Positions 54,666 to 63,673 of a DNA stretch of 64,000 bases are shown piece by piece. Each line of letters begins with the position of its first letter. The first letter of the stretch is position 1. The notes under the pieces were generated by a model. The model was given only the letters and a program-made list of their open reading frames with translations. It ran no database searches and was not told where the DNA came from. The DNA is from Gemmatimonadota bacterium (GTDB lineage Bacteria; Gemmatimonadota; Gemmatimonadetes; Palauibacterales; Palauibacteraceae), in contig CP070670.1 of assembly GCA_020351855.1 (NCBI GenBank), positions 1,170,294 through 1,234,293 on the forward strand. The letters are read 5' to 3'. Position numbers and translations under genes: made by a program.

Positions 54666-55994
54666 GTGCCGGAAGCATCCCGTCGCCGTTGGATGAGGCT
54701 CGTTAGAGTCGGCACCGAGGGCCTCCCGACCGTGGCGCTCCTCGCTGCGGCCGTGGCCGGCATGGCATGCGCCCGGGAGGAGCCGCCGCCCGGTACCCGT
54801 CCGGACCGCACGCCGCCGGGGGTCCGCGTGCTGAAGCCGGACAAGTTCGCCGTGGTTCCGGGCTTCGGTGGGAGTGCCGAAGTCCAGTTCGATGAGCCGA
54901 TCAGCGGGGCACGTGGCCTGCAGCAACGCGTCGTCGCTTCCCCGGCCGGGCGATACGAGATCTCGGCCGGCTTTTCCAACCTGAAGATCCGGCCGACCGA
55001 CGGCTGGGGTGATGGAATCGTCTATCACATCAGGATTCCCGAAGGCATCGCGGACCTCCTCGGCAACCGCACCCAGGGACCGATCGACCTCGTATTCTCG
55101 ACGGGTCCGGAGATCTCGAGCACTCGGGTAACGGGCGATGTGCGCCGCCGGGTGGACGGCAATGCCGTGACATCGGGGAGGGTGACCCTCCTGAACGTGG
55201 CCGGCGATTCGATTCCCTACAGTGCGCCGACCGAGTCGGATGGCAGCTTCGAGCTCTCGTACGCCCCTGCTGATGATTACTGGTCGTTCGCCTTTCAGGA
55301 CCTGAACGGCAACTTCGTGCTCGACCGCATGTTCGAACCCTACGACAGCGCCCGTCTGGAGCTTCTCGCGGATGGCCGGGTCGAGCGATCCTTTCGCATC
55401 GTCGAACCCGATACGACACCGCCCATCCTCGGCCGCATCGAGGTCGTCGACACGCTCTCGCTCGAGCTGGAGTTCGACGACTATCTGGACCCGACGCAGG
55501 ATTTTGGTGCGGCCGGGCTCGAGATCCGGCAGCTGGACAGTGGGCGTCGTATCGAGATCGAGGCGGTCACGCTGAGCGAAGCGATACGCGGCCGCGCCGC
55601 CGGCACACCCGGCGCCAGAGTGCGGCCGGACACGCTGCCCGAGGCGGCGCCGGACACGCTGCCCGAGGCGGCGCCGGACACGCTGCCCGAGGCGGCGCCG
55701 GACACGTTGCCCGAGGCGGCGCCGGACACGCTGCCCGAGGCGGCTGAGCCGCCGCCCGAAGAGGTGTTGCCTTCCCAGATGCTGCTCGTGCGCCTGGCCT
55801 CTCCGCTCGGAGAGGGAAGATATGGGATCTCGATGGATCGAGTAGTCAACCTGCGGCAGCTCGCGGCCGCCATCGACACGGTCTTCGCCTACCCGCAGGA
55901 AGCCCCGCCTGCGCCGCTGGAGGGCGAGGGGGAGGCGAGCGAGCCGGCGGATTCTGTGGGTGGTGACGTGCCCCCGCGTGGTGGGGTGCGGTGA
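54666..55994 (+). CDS. Secreted protein or lipoprotein with a carboxypeptidase-regulatory-like/Ig-like beta domain and a 5x PDTLPEAA tandem repeat
   Basis: Signal peptide (LPTVALLAAAVAGMAC), then a CarboxypepD_reg-like segment (VTGDVRRRVDGNAVTSGRVTLLNVAGDSIPYSAPTESDGSFELSYAP), then five in-frame 8-aa repeats. The stop overlaps the selA start. Confidence 0.55.
   Translation: MPEASRRRWMRLVRVGTEGLPTVALLAAAVAGMACAREEPPPGTRPDRTPPGVRVLKPDKFAVVPGFGGSAEVQFDEPISGARGLQQRVVASPAGRYEISAGFSNLKIRPTDGWGDGIVYHIRIPEGIADLLGNRTQGPIDLVFSTGPEISSTRVTGDVRRRVDGNAVTSGRVTLLNVAGDSIPYSAPTESDGSFELSYAPADDYWSFAFQDLNGNFVLDRMFEPYDSARLELLADGRVERSFRIVEPDTTPPILGRIEVVDTLSLELEFDDYLDPTQDFGAAGLEIRQLDSGRRIEIEAVTLSEAIRGRAAGTPGARVRPDTLPEAAPDTLPEAAPDTLPEAAPDTLPEAAPDTLPEAAEPPPEEVLPSQMLLVRLASPLGEGRYGISMDRVVNLRQLAAAIDTVFAYPQEAPPAPLEGEGEASEPADSVGGDVPPRGGVR
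55626..55745 (+). repeat. 24-bp tandem repeat x5 (CCGGACACGCTGCCCGAGGCGGCG), coding and in frame
   Basis: Five head-to-tail copies with a single C-to-T variant in copy 4 and a terminal G-to-T in copy 5. It encodes (PDTLPEAA)5 within the 54666-55994 ORF. Confidence 0.9.
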
Positions 55995-57367
55995 CAGACC
56001 TCCGGAGGCGGATTCCGTCCGTTGACCGGCTGTTGGCCGACGAGCGGGCCGTCGAGTGGTCTTGCCGGTACGGCCGGGACGTCGTGAGGAACGCCCTGCG
56101 GGACGCCATCGGGAGACAGCGGATCCTGGCCGTCGAAGGAACGGCGATGCCGGACGCCGGGTCGATTCTGGAGGAGACCGAGGCCCGGCTTCGGGAACGA
56201 GCGAGGCCGGGGCTACGCCGCGTGTTGAATGGGACGGGGGTCGTCCTGCATACCAACCTGGGCCGCGCCCCGCTGCCCGAGGAGGCACTGGCCGCGCTGC
56301 GGTCGATCGCGCGCGGGTACTGCAACCTGGAGTTCGATCTGGGAGGCGGGGAGCGGGGAAGCCGTCATGATCACTGCAGTGCTCTCCTACGGGAGCTGAC
56401 CGGATCGGAGGCCGCTCTCGTCGTCAACAACAACGCGGCCGCCGTGGCGCTCGTGGTGAACGAGTTCGCGCAGGGACGCGAGGTCATCGTGTCGCGCGGT
56501 GAGCTGGTGGAGATCGGAGGTTCATTCCGGGTCCCGGAGCTCGTTGAGCGAGCCGGCGGCCGGCTGGTGGAGGTGGGGACCACGAACCGAACTCGGATCA
56601 CGGACTATCGACGGGCGATCGGCGACCGCACCGGTCTCATCCTGAAGGTCCATCCGTCAAACTACCGGATCCACGGCTTCGTGGAGGAGGTGGCACTGGA
56701 AGAGCTCGCAGAGCTCGGTCACAGCCACGGGCTGCCCGTGGCAAACGACCTCGGTTCGGGTCTGCTTCTCGGTCACCTGCTACCGCTTCTGCCGGCCGAA
56801 CCCGCTCCGCGCGATGCCGCAGCCGCCGGAGCGGCCGTCGTCACCTGGAGCGGCGACAAGCTGCTGGGCGGCCCGCAAGCCGGTGTGATACATGGTACGG
56901 AGGCGGCGGTCGCCCGCCTTCGAGGGAACCCGCTTCTGCGAGCCTTCCGCGTCGACAAGCTCACGATCGCGGCCCTCGAGGCCACGCTGCGCCTTCACGC
57001 GAACCCGGAGGCGGCCGCCGACCGGATTCCGGCCGTCGCGATGCTGCGCGAGCCCGCCGCGTCGGTACGCGCACGGGCGACGGCAGCGCTTTCCCATTGT
57101 CCAGCCGTGGTCGAGCAGGGACTCGAGGTGCGCCCGCTGGAATCGCTGGTCGGTGGCGGGGCCTATCCGGAAGTGGTGCTCGAGTCGGCCGGCTGGGCCT
57201 CTGCCGGCCGATCCGCCGGGCTTCTCGAGGAACGCTGCCGCGCCGCGGACCCCCCTCTCATCGGCAGGATCGAAGGCGATGCGTTCTGCATCGACTTCAG
57301 GACGATCCGGCCCGGCGAAGAGCGAGACGTCGCCTCGATCGTGACGCGAGCCTGGGGGCCGTCATGA
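55991..57367 (+). CDS. selA: L-seryl-tRNA(Sec) selenium transferase (selenocysteine synthase)
   Basis: Aligns with E. coli SelA along its length (VLHTNLGRAPL; LEFDLGGGERGSRHDHCSALLRELTGSEAALVVNNNAAAV; VVSRGELVEIGGSFRVPE; PLP-lysine region SGDKLLGGPQAGVIHG; KLTIAALEATLRLH). Confidence 0.9.
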   Translation: MTDLRRRIPSVDRLLADERAVEWSCRYGRDVVRNALRDAIGRQRILAVEGTAMPDAGSILEETEARLRERARPGLRRVLNGTGVVLHTNLGRAPLPEEALAALRSIARGYCNLEFDLGGGERGSRHDHCSALLRELTGSEAALVVNNNAAAVALVVNEFAQGREVIVSRGELVEIGGSFRVPELVERAGGRLVEVGTTNRTRITDYRRAIGDRTGLILKVHPSNYRIHGFVEEVALEELAELGHSHGLPVANDLGSGLLLGHLLPLLPAEPAPRDAAAAGAAVVTWSGDKLLGGPQAGVIHGTEAAVARLRGNPLLRAFRVDKLTIAALEATLRLHANPEAAADRIPAVAMLREPAASVRARATAALSHCPAVVEQGLEVRPLESLVGGGAYPEVVLESAGWASAGRSAGLLEERCRAADPPLIGRIEGDAFCIDFRTIRPGEERDVASIVTRAWGPS

Positions 57368-58071
57368 GGCGGCCCATGCGGATCGGTGTTCTGGCATCCG
57401 GGTCGGGGAGCAACCTCCAGGCGCTGCTTGACCGCTTCAACCTGGGCGCGGATCCGGCAGCTCGCGTCGTGCTCGTCATCGGCAGCCGCCCTGGCATCCG
57501 CTCGCTGGAGCGCGCGGCCGCGGCGACTGTCCGCGCCGAAGTGCTGCCATCGGCGCTCGACCCGGCCGGCCAAGTGGCGGAGGAGGACGAGCCGTTCCTG
57601 CGGCGCTGTCTGGCGGAGACCGAGGTCGAGCTGGTCGTGCTCGCCGGGTATCTTCGTCTGGTACCGGCTGCCGTTGTGCGAGAGTACTGGGGACGGATGA
57701 TCAACATCCACCCGGCCCTCCTGCCATCGTTCGGCGGACAGGGCATGTACGGACGCCGAGTGCACGAAGCCGTGCTCGCACGGGGCTGCAAGGTCACCGG
57801 GGTTACCATCCACTTCGTGAGCGAGGAGTACGACCGGGGGCCGGTCGTGGCTCAGTGGCCCGTTCCCGTCCTAGAAGAAGACGATGCGAGCTCTCTCGCC
57901 GGGCGAGTCCTCGAGGTGGAGCACCGGCTGCTGCCTGCCGTCGTGTCCGCCATCGCGAGACGCCGGGTCGCCCTGGCGCCCGATGGGCGGGTGAGGTGGA
58001 CCGGCTCGCTGTTCAGAACCGAGAGGTTCGCGGCCGTTCCCGGAGAGGGCTGGACGATCGAACCAGAGTGA
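57364..58071 (+). CDS. purN: Phosphoribosylglycinamide formyltransferase
   Basis: IGVLASGSGSNLQALL...MINIHPALLPSFGGQGMYG...VTGVTIHFVSEEYDRGPVV. ATGA overlap with the selA stop. Confidence 0.9.
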   Translation: MRRPMRIGVLASGSGSNLQALLDRFNLGADPAARVVLVIGSRPGIRSLERAAAATVRAEVLPSALDPAGQVAEEDEPFLRRCLAETEVELVVLAGYLRLVPAAVVREYWGRMINIHPALLPSFGGQGMYGRRVHEAVLARGCKVTGVTIHFVSEEYDRGPVVAQWPVPVLEEDDASSLAGRVLEVEHRLLPAVVSAIARRRVALAPDGRVRWTGSLFRTERFAAVPGEGWTIEPE

Positions 58072-58081
58072 GGGACAGAAG

Positions 58082-59686
58082 ATGAAAAGGCCCAAGACCG
58101 CGCTTATCAGCGTGTCCGACAAGACGGGCATCGTCGAGCTGGCGGGCGCTCTCGTGGACCGGGGCTGGGAGATCGTATCGACCGGCGGTACGGCGGCGGA
58201 GCTGTCCAAGGCGGGCGTTCCCGTCCGCTCGGTCAGCGAGCTTACCGAGTTCCCGGAGATGTTGGCCGGACGAGTCAAGACCCTGCACCCGGCGGTGCAC
58301 GCAGGCATTTTGGCGCGCCGCTCGGTGGCCGGGGACATGCGGGCCATCGAGAAGGCGGGAATCGGACCGATCGATCTCGTCGCGGTGAACCTCTATCCGT
58401 TTCGGCAGACGGTAGCGAAGCCGGCTGTGACCGTGGCGGAGGCGATCGAGCAGATCGATATCGGAGGTCCGACCCTGCTACGGGCCGCTGCCAAGAACCA
58501 CGTGGACGTCGTCGTGCTGTGCGACCCGGAGGACTATCCCGAGGCGCTGGAGATCCTCGAGGACGGCGGAGCGGGAGAGGATTCTGCCCGGCGCCGGCGC
58601 CGGCTGGCCGCGAAGGTGTATGCGCACACGGCCACCTACGATGCGGCGGTGGCGAGCTACCTGGACTCGCTCGAGCGGCAGGAGGAGGCGACGCCTCCCG
58701 AGGCGCTGCTTTCGCTGGTGCGAGTGCAGGAGCTTCGCTACGGGGAGAACCCCGATCAATCAGCCGCCTTCTACCGGGACGCGGCCCGGCGTCCTTGGGG
58801 CATCGCGGGGCTCAAGCAGCTGCACGGCAAGGAGCTCTCGTACAACAACTTGCTGGATGTGGATGGGGCTCTTGCGGCGATCGCCCCCTACCTCGCTGAC
58901 GCGAGGGCTGCGTGCGCGATCGTCAAGCACACCACTCCCTGCGGTCTGGCCGTCGGACGATCCACCGCCGTGGCGTTCGAGCGGGCGCTCGCCTGCGATC
59001 CGGTGTCGGCGTTCGGTTCTACCGTCGCCTTCAACCAGCCGATGGCCGAGACGGTCGCGGAGGCCCTGTACGAGCTGTTCGTGGAGTGCCTCATCGCTCC
59101 GGGCTACGCGGAGGGTGCGCTGCGCATCCTGACCCAGAAGAAGAACCTGCGCATCCTGATGCCGGAAGACGGCGAGCTGCGAGCGTACCCAGGGCACCTC
59201 GTTGCGGGGCTCGACGCGCGAGGCGTGCAGGGAGGGCTGCTGCTCCAGTCGGCTCCCGTGCCGGTGAATCCGGCGGCTCTGCAGGAGCAGGAACGGATGA
59301 CCGTCCGGACCCGTCGCGAACCCTCGCCGGAGGAGTGGGATGATCTGGGTTTCGCCTGGGCGGCCGTGCAGGCCGTGAAGTCGAACGCCATCCTCCTGGC
59401 GCGGGAGGGAGCGACCATCGGGATCGGGGCCGGGCAGATGAGCCGCGTGGACGCCGTGAAGCTCTCAGGGTGGAAGGCCGAGGATGCGGGGCACGGGACG
59501 GAGGGCGCGGTCCTCGCTTCGGATGCTTTCTTCCCGTTCCGGGACGGGATCGATGCCGCGGCGGAGCTGGGCGTTCGCGCGATCATCCAGCCGGGCGGGT
59601 CGATCCGAGATGACGAGGTGGTAGCGGCAGCCGACGAGCACGGCATCGCGATGGTCATGAGCGGTCGTCGCCTTTTCCGGCACTGA
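58082..59686 (+). CDS. purH: Bifunctional AICAR formyltransferase / IMP cyclohydrolase
   Basis: ALISVSDKTGIVELAGALVDRGWEIVSTGGTA...RVKTLHPAVHAGIL for the MGS-like/IMPCH domain, plus the AICARFT domain. Confidence 0.95.
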   Translation: MKRPKTALISVSDKTGIVELAGALVDRGWEIVSTGGTAAELSKAGVPVRSVSELTEFPEMLAGRVKTLHPAVHAGILARRSVAGDMRAIEKAGIGPIDLVAVNLYPFRQTVAKPAVTVAEAIEQIDIGGPTLLRAAAKNHVDVVVLCDPEDYPEALEILEDGGAGEDSARRRRRLAAKVYAHTATYDAAVASYLDSLERQEEATPPEALLSLVRVQELRYGENPDQSAAFYRDAARRPWGIAGLKQLHGKELSYNNLLDVDGALAAIAPYLADARAACAIVKHTTPCGLAVGRSTAVAFERALACDPVSAFGSTVAFNQPMAETVAEALYELFVECLIAPGYAEGALRILTQKKNLRILMPEDGELRAYPGHLVAGLDARGVQGGLLLQSAPVPVNPAALQEQERMTVRTRREPSPEEWDDLGFAWAAVQAVKSNAILLAREGATIGIGAGQMSRVDAVKLSGWKAEDAGHGTEGAVLASDAFFPFRDGIDAAAELGVRAIIQPGGSIRDDEVVAAADEHGIAMVMSGRRLFRH

Positions 59687-59715
59687 GGGCGGCGAATAGG
59701 GGAGCGCCGGAATTC

Positions 59716-60843
59716 TTGACGACCTCGCGAAGGCCACCTACTGTCTGTCCCTCGCGAATCTTTCGGCTCCACCCAACAGTGACAGATCACGACGATATGA
59801 CCGACGGGCGCCCTCGGCTCCCGGGCCGACGACGACAGCTCGCATTCGCGGCGCTTGCCCTGGCCGCGCTGTTCGTCGCCTGTGGCGGTGACTTCCCGCA
59901 GTCCTCCCTGCGTCCACAATCGGACGTGGCGCGGGAGATCGACTCGCTGTTCCGCGGCATCTTCTGGTGGGCGATGGGTGTGCTCGTCGTGGTGGAGGGC
60001 GCGCTGCTGTTCACGGTATTCCGCTATCGGGAGCGGCCCGGCGCCGCCCGGCCGAAGGCGGTGCATGGCAACACCGTGCTGGAGATCGGGTGGACGATCG
60101 CCCCGGCCGTGATCCTCATCTTCATCGGCGTTCCCACCATGCTGACCCTCTGGCGCATCGATGGGCCGCCGCCCAGCTCGGATGTTCGAGTGGAGGTCGT
60201 GGGGCACCAGTGGTGGTGGGAGTTCCGCTACCCGGATCTCGGCATCACGACGGCCAACGAGCTCCACCTTCCCGTGGGGAAGACCGCCGACGTCAGACTC
60301 CGTTCCGGCGATGTCCTGCACAGCTTCTGGTTTCCGCGGGTATCGGGGAAGAGGGATCTCGTGCCAGGAAGGGAAAACAGTCTCTGGTTCACGCCGGACT
60401 CGGTGGGCGTCTATCCGGGTCAGTGTGCCGAGTTCTGCGGGACCTCGCACGCCCTGATGGGCATGCGCCTGTTCGTCGACTCTCCCGAGGACTTCGAGGC
60501 TTGGGCCGCTCGGCAGGCGAGCCCCCAGGAGGCGGAGGGAGACCCGGCTCCGGCCGAGGATCCGATGGTCACGGCCGGGCGGGAGATCTTCTTCGGTGCC
60601 GGCGGCTGTATCTCGTGCCACGCGATCCGCGGCACGGTGGCGGCCGGCGTGATCGGGCCCGACCTCACGCATGTGGGCAGCCGGAGCACGATCGCTGCGG
60701 GGCTCCTCGAGAACACGCCGGAGAATCTGGCCAAATGGATCATGGATCCGCAGGAGGTGAAGCCAGGTAACCTCATGCTGGACATGGGTTTGAATGACGA
60801 ACAGGCCGGCCAGGTGGCGGCCTATCTCCTGAGTCTCGAGTAG
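59716..60843 (+). CDS. ctaC: Cytochrome c oxidase subunit II with fused C-terminal cytochrome c domain (caa3-type)
   Basis: CuA centre H...CAEFCGTSHALM and a C-terminal haem-c motif GGCISCHAI. The probable real start is the internal ATG at about 59797, before the signal/TM segment. Confidence 0.88.
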   Translation: MTTSRRPPTVCPSRIFRLHPTVTDHDDMTDGRPRLPGRRRQLAFAALALAALFVACGGDFPQSSLRPQSDVAREIDSLFRGIFWWAMGVLVVVEGALLFTVFRYRERPGAARPKAVHGNTVLEIGWTIAPAVILIFIGVPTMLTLWRIDGPPPSSDVRVEVVGHQWWWEFRYPDLGITTANELHLPVGKTADVRLRSGDVLHSFWFPRVSGKRDLVPGRENSLWFTPDSVGVYPGQCAEFCGTSHALMGMRLFVDSPEDFEAWAARQASPQEAEGDPAPAEDPMVTAGREIFFGAGGCISCHAIRGTVAAGVIGPDLTHVGSRSTIAAGLLENTPENLAKWIMDPQEVKPGNLMLDMGLNDEQAGQVAAYLLSLE

Positions 60844-60848
60844 CGGCT

Positions 60849-62609
60849 ATGGGAACGTACTCCGGAGGCCTGTGGAGCTGGATCACGACCGTCGACCACA
60901 AGCGGATCGGGATCCTCTACTTCGTGTCCTCTCTGTTCTTCTTCCTGGTCGGCGGCATCGAGGCGATGCTCATCCGGCTGCAGCTGGCGACGCCCGAGAA
61001 CACCCTCCTCACCGCTCAGGCCTACAACCAGCTGTTCACGATGCACGGCATCACGATGCTCCTGTTCGTGGTCATGCCGATGAGTGCCGCCTTCTTCAAC
61101 TTCGTCGTGCCGCTGCAGATCGGGGCGCGCGACGTCGCGTTCCCTCGCCTCAACGCCTTCAGCTACTGGCTCTTCATCTTCGGTGCGCTCTTCCTGAACG
61201 CCAGCTTCTTTTTCGGTGGCGCGCCCGACGTGGGCTGGTTCGCCTACGCGAACCTCACGTCCAGCCAGTACTCTCCGGGACACGGGGTGGACTTCTACAT
61301 CCTCGGGCTGGCACTGGCCGGCGCGGGATCCATCGTGGCGGCGCTGAACTTCATCGTGACGATCATCAACCTGAGGGCGCCGGGGATGACGTTCATGCGG
61401 CTTCCCCTCTTCACGTGGATGACGTTCGTCGTCTCCTTCCTCATCATCCTGGCCTTTCCGCCCTTCACGATCAGCACGGTATTCCTCCTCTTCGACCGGA
61501 TGTTCGGCACGCTGTTCTTCGAGCCGTCCGGGGGCGGCGACCCGCGCCTCTGGCAGCACCTGTTCTGGATCTTCGGTCATCCGGAGGTCTACATCCTGAT
61601 CTTGCCCGCTTTCGGCATTGTCTCGGATGTGATCCCGACCTTCTCCAAGAAGCCCCTGTTCGGCTATCCGGTGGTCGTGTATTCGGGCGTGCTGATCGCC
61701 TTCCTGGGCTTCGGCGTGTGGGCACACCACATGTTCTCCGTCGGGCTCGGCCGGATTGCCAACTCGGCATTCAGCGGACTCACCATGCTGATCGCGATCC
61801 CGACGGGCGTGAAGATCTTCAACTGGATCGCGACGATGTGGGGAGGGGCGCTACGCTTCAAATCCGCGATGCTCTTCAGCATCGGCCTCGTCGCCATGTT
61901 CGTGATCGGGGGCGTGAGCGGCGTGATGCACTCGTCGGCCCCGGCCGACCTCCAGCAGACCGACACGTACTTCGTCGTGGCGCACTTCCACTACGTGCTC
62001 TTCGGAGGCAGCATCTTGGGGCTGTTCGCGGGCGTGTACTACTGGTTCCCGAAGGTTACAGGGCGCTTCCTGAACGAACCGCTGGGTGCCGTCCACTTCT
62101 GGCTGATGTTCATCGGGATGAACCTCACCTTCTTCCCGATGCACTACGCGGGACTACACGGTCAGCCGCGCCGGACCTTCACGTCCCCGGCCGGACTCGG
62201 ATTCGAGTGGTTCAACGTGGTCTCGACCATCGGGGCGGTGATCACCTTCGTGGCCGTTTTCGTCTTCCTCGTGAACTTCATCCGGAGTCTGAGGACGGCG
62301 CCGACGGCCGAGGCGAACCCCTGGGAGGCATCGACCCTCGAGTGGAGCATCGCGTCGCCTCCGCCCGTCCATAACTTCGACCGCACGCCGGAAGTGCGGA
62401 GCCGGGATCCGCTGTGGCACGATGGGATCGTCCTCCCGGCCGCCGAGGAGGTGTTCCACATGCCGAACCCATCCTACTGGCCGCTGGTGACGGCAGCGGG
62501 CCTCCTCGTGCTCATGACGGGTGCGCTGGTCGGTCTTCCGCTCGTGCTGATCGGCGGGGCCGTCGCGGTGGTGGGGATCTACGGCTGGTCGTTCGAGCCG
62601 ATTCACTGA
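60849..62609 (+). CDS. ctaD: Cytochrome c oxidase subunit I
   Basis: 12-TM haem-copper oxidase subunit I ([20 protein letters not shown], HHMF... His ligands). Confidence 0.95.
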   Translation: [586 protein letters not shown]

Positions 62610-62661
62610 CGGGTACCGCGAGGGAGGTTACTTGACGATCGAAGGAAGGATGTAGCCGACG

Positions 62662-63243
62662 TTGGAACGCACGAGCACCGGGGTTGCCAACGAGAAGGTG
62701 CTGATGTGGACGTTCATCGGCTCCGAATGCATGCTCTTCGGATCCTTGATCGCCACCTTCCTGGCCTACCGCGACCGCAGCCTGGTCGGACCGTTCGAGG
62801 AGGAGCTGCTCAACATCCCGTTCATCACGGTCACGACCTTCGTTCTCCTGATGAGCAGCCTGATGATGGTGCTGGCCCTGTCGGCGGTTCAGCGGGGAGA
62901 CCGACGCGGGAGCGGCCTGTTCCTGCTCCTCACGGCCGTGTTGGGTCTGATCTTCCTGGGCGGACAGGTCTTCGAGTTCTCGCACTTCGCCCACGAGGGA
63001 CTGGGCCTCGGCAGGAACCTGTTTTCCGGTACCTTCTACCTTACTACGGGCTTCCACGGCGCTCACGTGGCCATCGGGGTGATCTGGCTTCTGACCCTCT
63101 GGACCCTTGCGCTTCGGGGACGTCTGGGGCCGGAAAAATCCGTCAAAGTCGAGGTGGCAGGTCTATACTGGCACTTCGTGGATGTCGTGTGGATCGTCCT
63201 CTTCACGGTGATCTACCTGATGTCCGGCGCGGCGGCAGTCTAG
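62662..63243 (+). CDS. ctaE: Cytochrome c oxidase subunit III
   Basis: FYLTTGFHGAHVAIGVIWLLTLW and YWHFVDVVWIVLFTVIY are typical of subunit III. TTG start per the ORF track; an ATG at 62704 is an alternative. Confidence 0.85.
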   Translation: MERTSTGVANEKVLMWTFIGSECMLFGSLIATFLAYRDRSLVGPFEEELLNIPFITVTTFVLLMSSLMMVLALSAVQRGDRRGSGLFLLLTAVLGLIFLGGQVFEFSHFAHEGLGLGRNLFSGTFYLTTGFHGAHVAIGVIWLLTLWTLALRGRLGPEKSVKVEVAGLYWHFVDVVWIVLFTVIYLMSGAAAV

Positions 63244-63267
63244 CCGGCGGAGAGAGGAGCGAATCCG

Positions 63268-63354
63268 ATGGCGAGTGAGTTGGCGCACGGATCCGACCGA
63301 GGCGGCGTGGAGGTGGCGGCGACGCATGGGGCCCATCTAGATCCGAATGCCTAG
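63268..63354 (+). CDS. Short ORF with a strong RBS, in frame with ctaF and separated from it by a single TAG; possible N-terminal segment of subunit IV
   Basis: GGAGAGAGGAG lies 6 nt before the ATG at 63268. It encodes MASELAHGSDRGGVEVAATHGAHLDPNA, then a TAG at 63352-63354. The same frame continues SRTY-V(GTG at 63367)AIALVLG... Confidence 0.3.
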   Translation: MASELAHGSDRGGVEVAATHGAHLDPNA

Positions 63355-63366
63355 AGTCGGACCTAC

Positions 63367-63612
63367 GTGGCGATCGCGCTTGTTCTGGGCGTTATCACGG
63401 CGCTCGAGGTCATGGTGTTCTACGTCGAAGCCCTCGCGCCCGTGCTCGTCCCGCTGCTCCTCGTGCTCTCGGGGGCCAAGTTCGTTCTCGTCGTCGGCTT
63501 CTACATGCACCTCAAGTACGACACGAGTCTCAGGGGCCTTTTCGTGGGACCGCTGGCGATAGCCGCTGCGATCATCCTGGCGATCATGGCGCTGTACGGG
63601 TACTTCCTGTAG
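63367..63612 (+). CDS. ctaF: Cytochrome c oxidase subunit IV, bacterial caa3/aa3-type small subunit
   Basis: An 81-aa, two-TM product carrying FYMHLKYD, the hallmark of prokaryotic CoxIV, and the last gene of the ctaCDEF cluster. GTG start with no obvious RBS of its own. Confidence 0.75.
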   Translation: MAIALVLGVITALEVMVFYVEALAPVLVPLLLVLSGAKFVLVVGFYMHLKYDTSLRGLFVGPLAIAAAIILAIMALYGYFL

Positions 63613-63673
63613 GCTCGCGGCTGCCCGTCGATCTCCTTGCGCCAGACGCTTCGGCGCCGCCTAGGCCTTCCCC

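Noticed and set aside
55626-55745. Direct repeats as a possible CRISPR array.
   Set aside because: The repeats are contiguous, with no spacers, 24 bp long, in frame within a signal-peptide protein, and encode an 8-aa linker repeat. There are no cas genes. Not CRISPR.
63639-63657. Bidirectional terminator between convergent ctaF and the small zinc-ribbon gene.
   Set aside because: Only a 5-bp stem (GCGCC-N9-GGCGC) with no T-tract on either strand. It is too weak to call a terminator.
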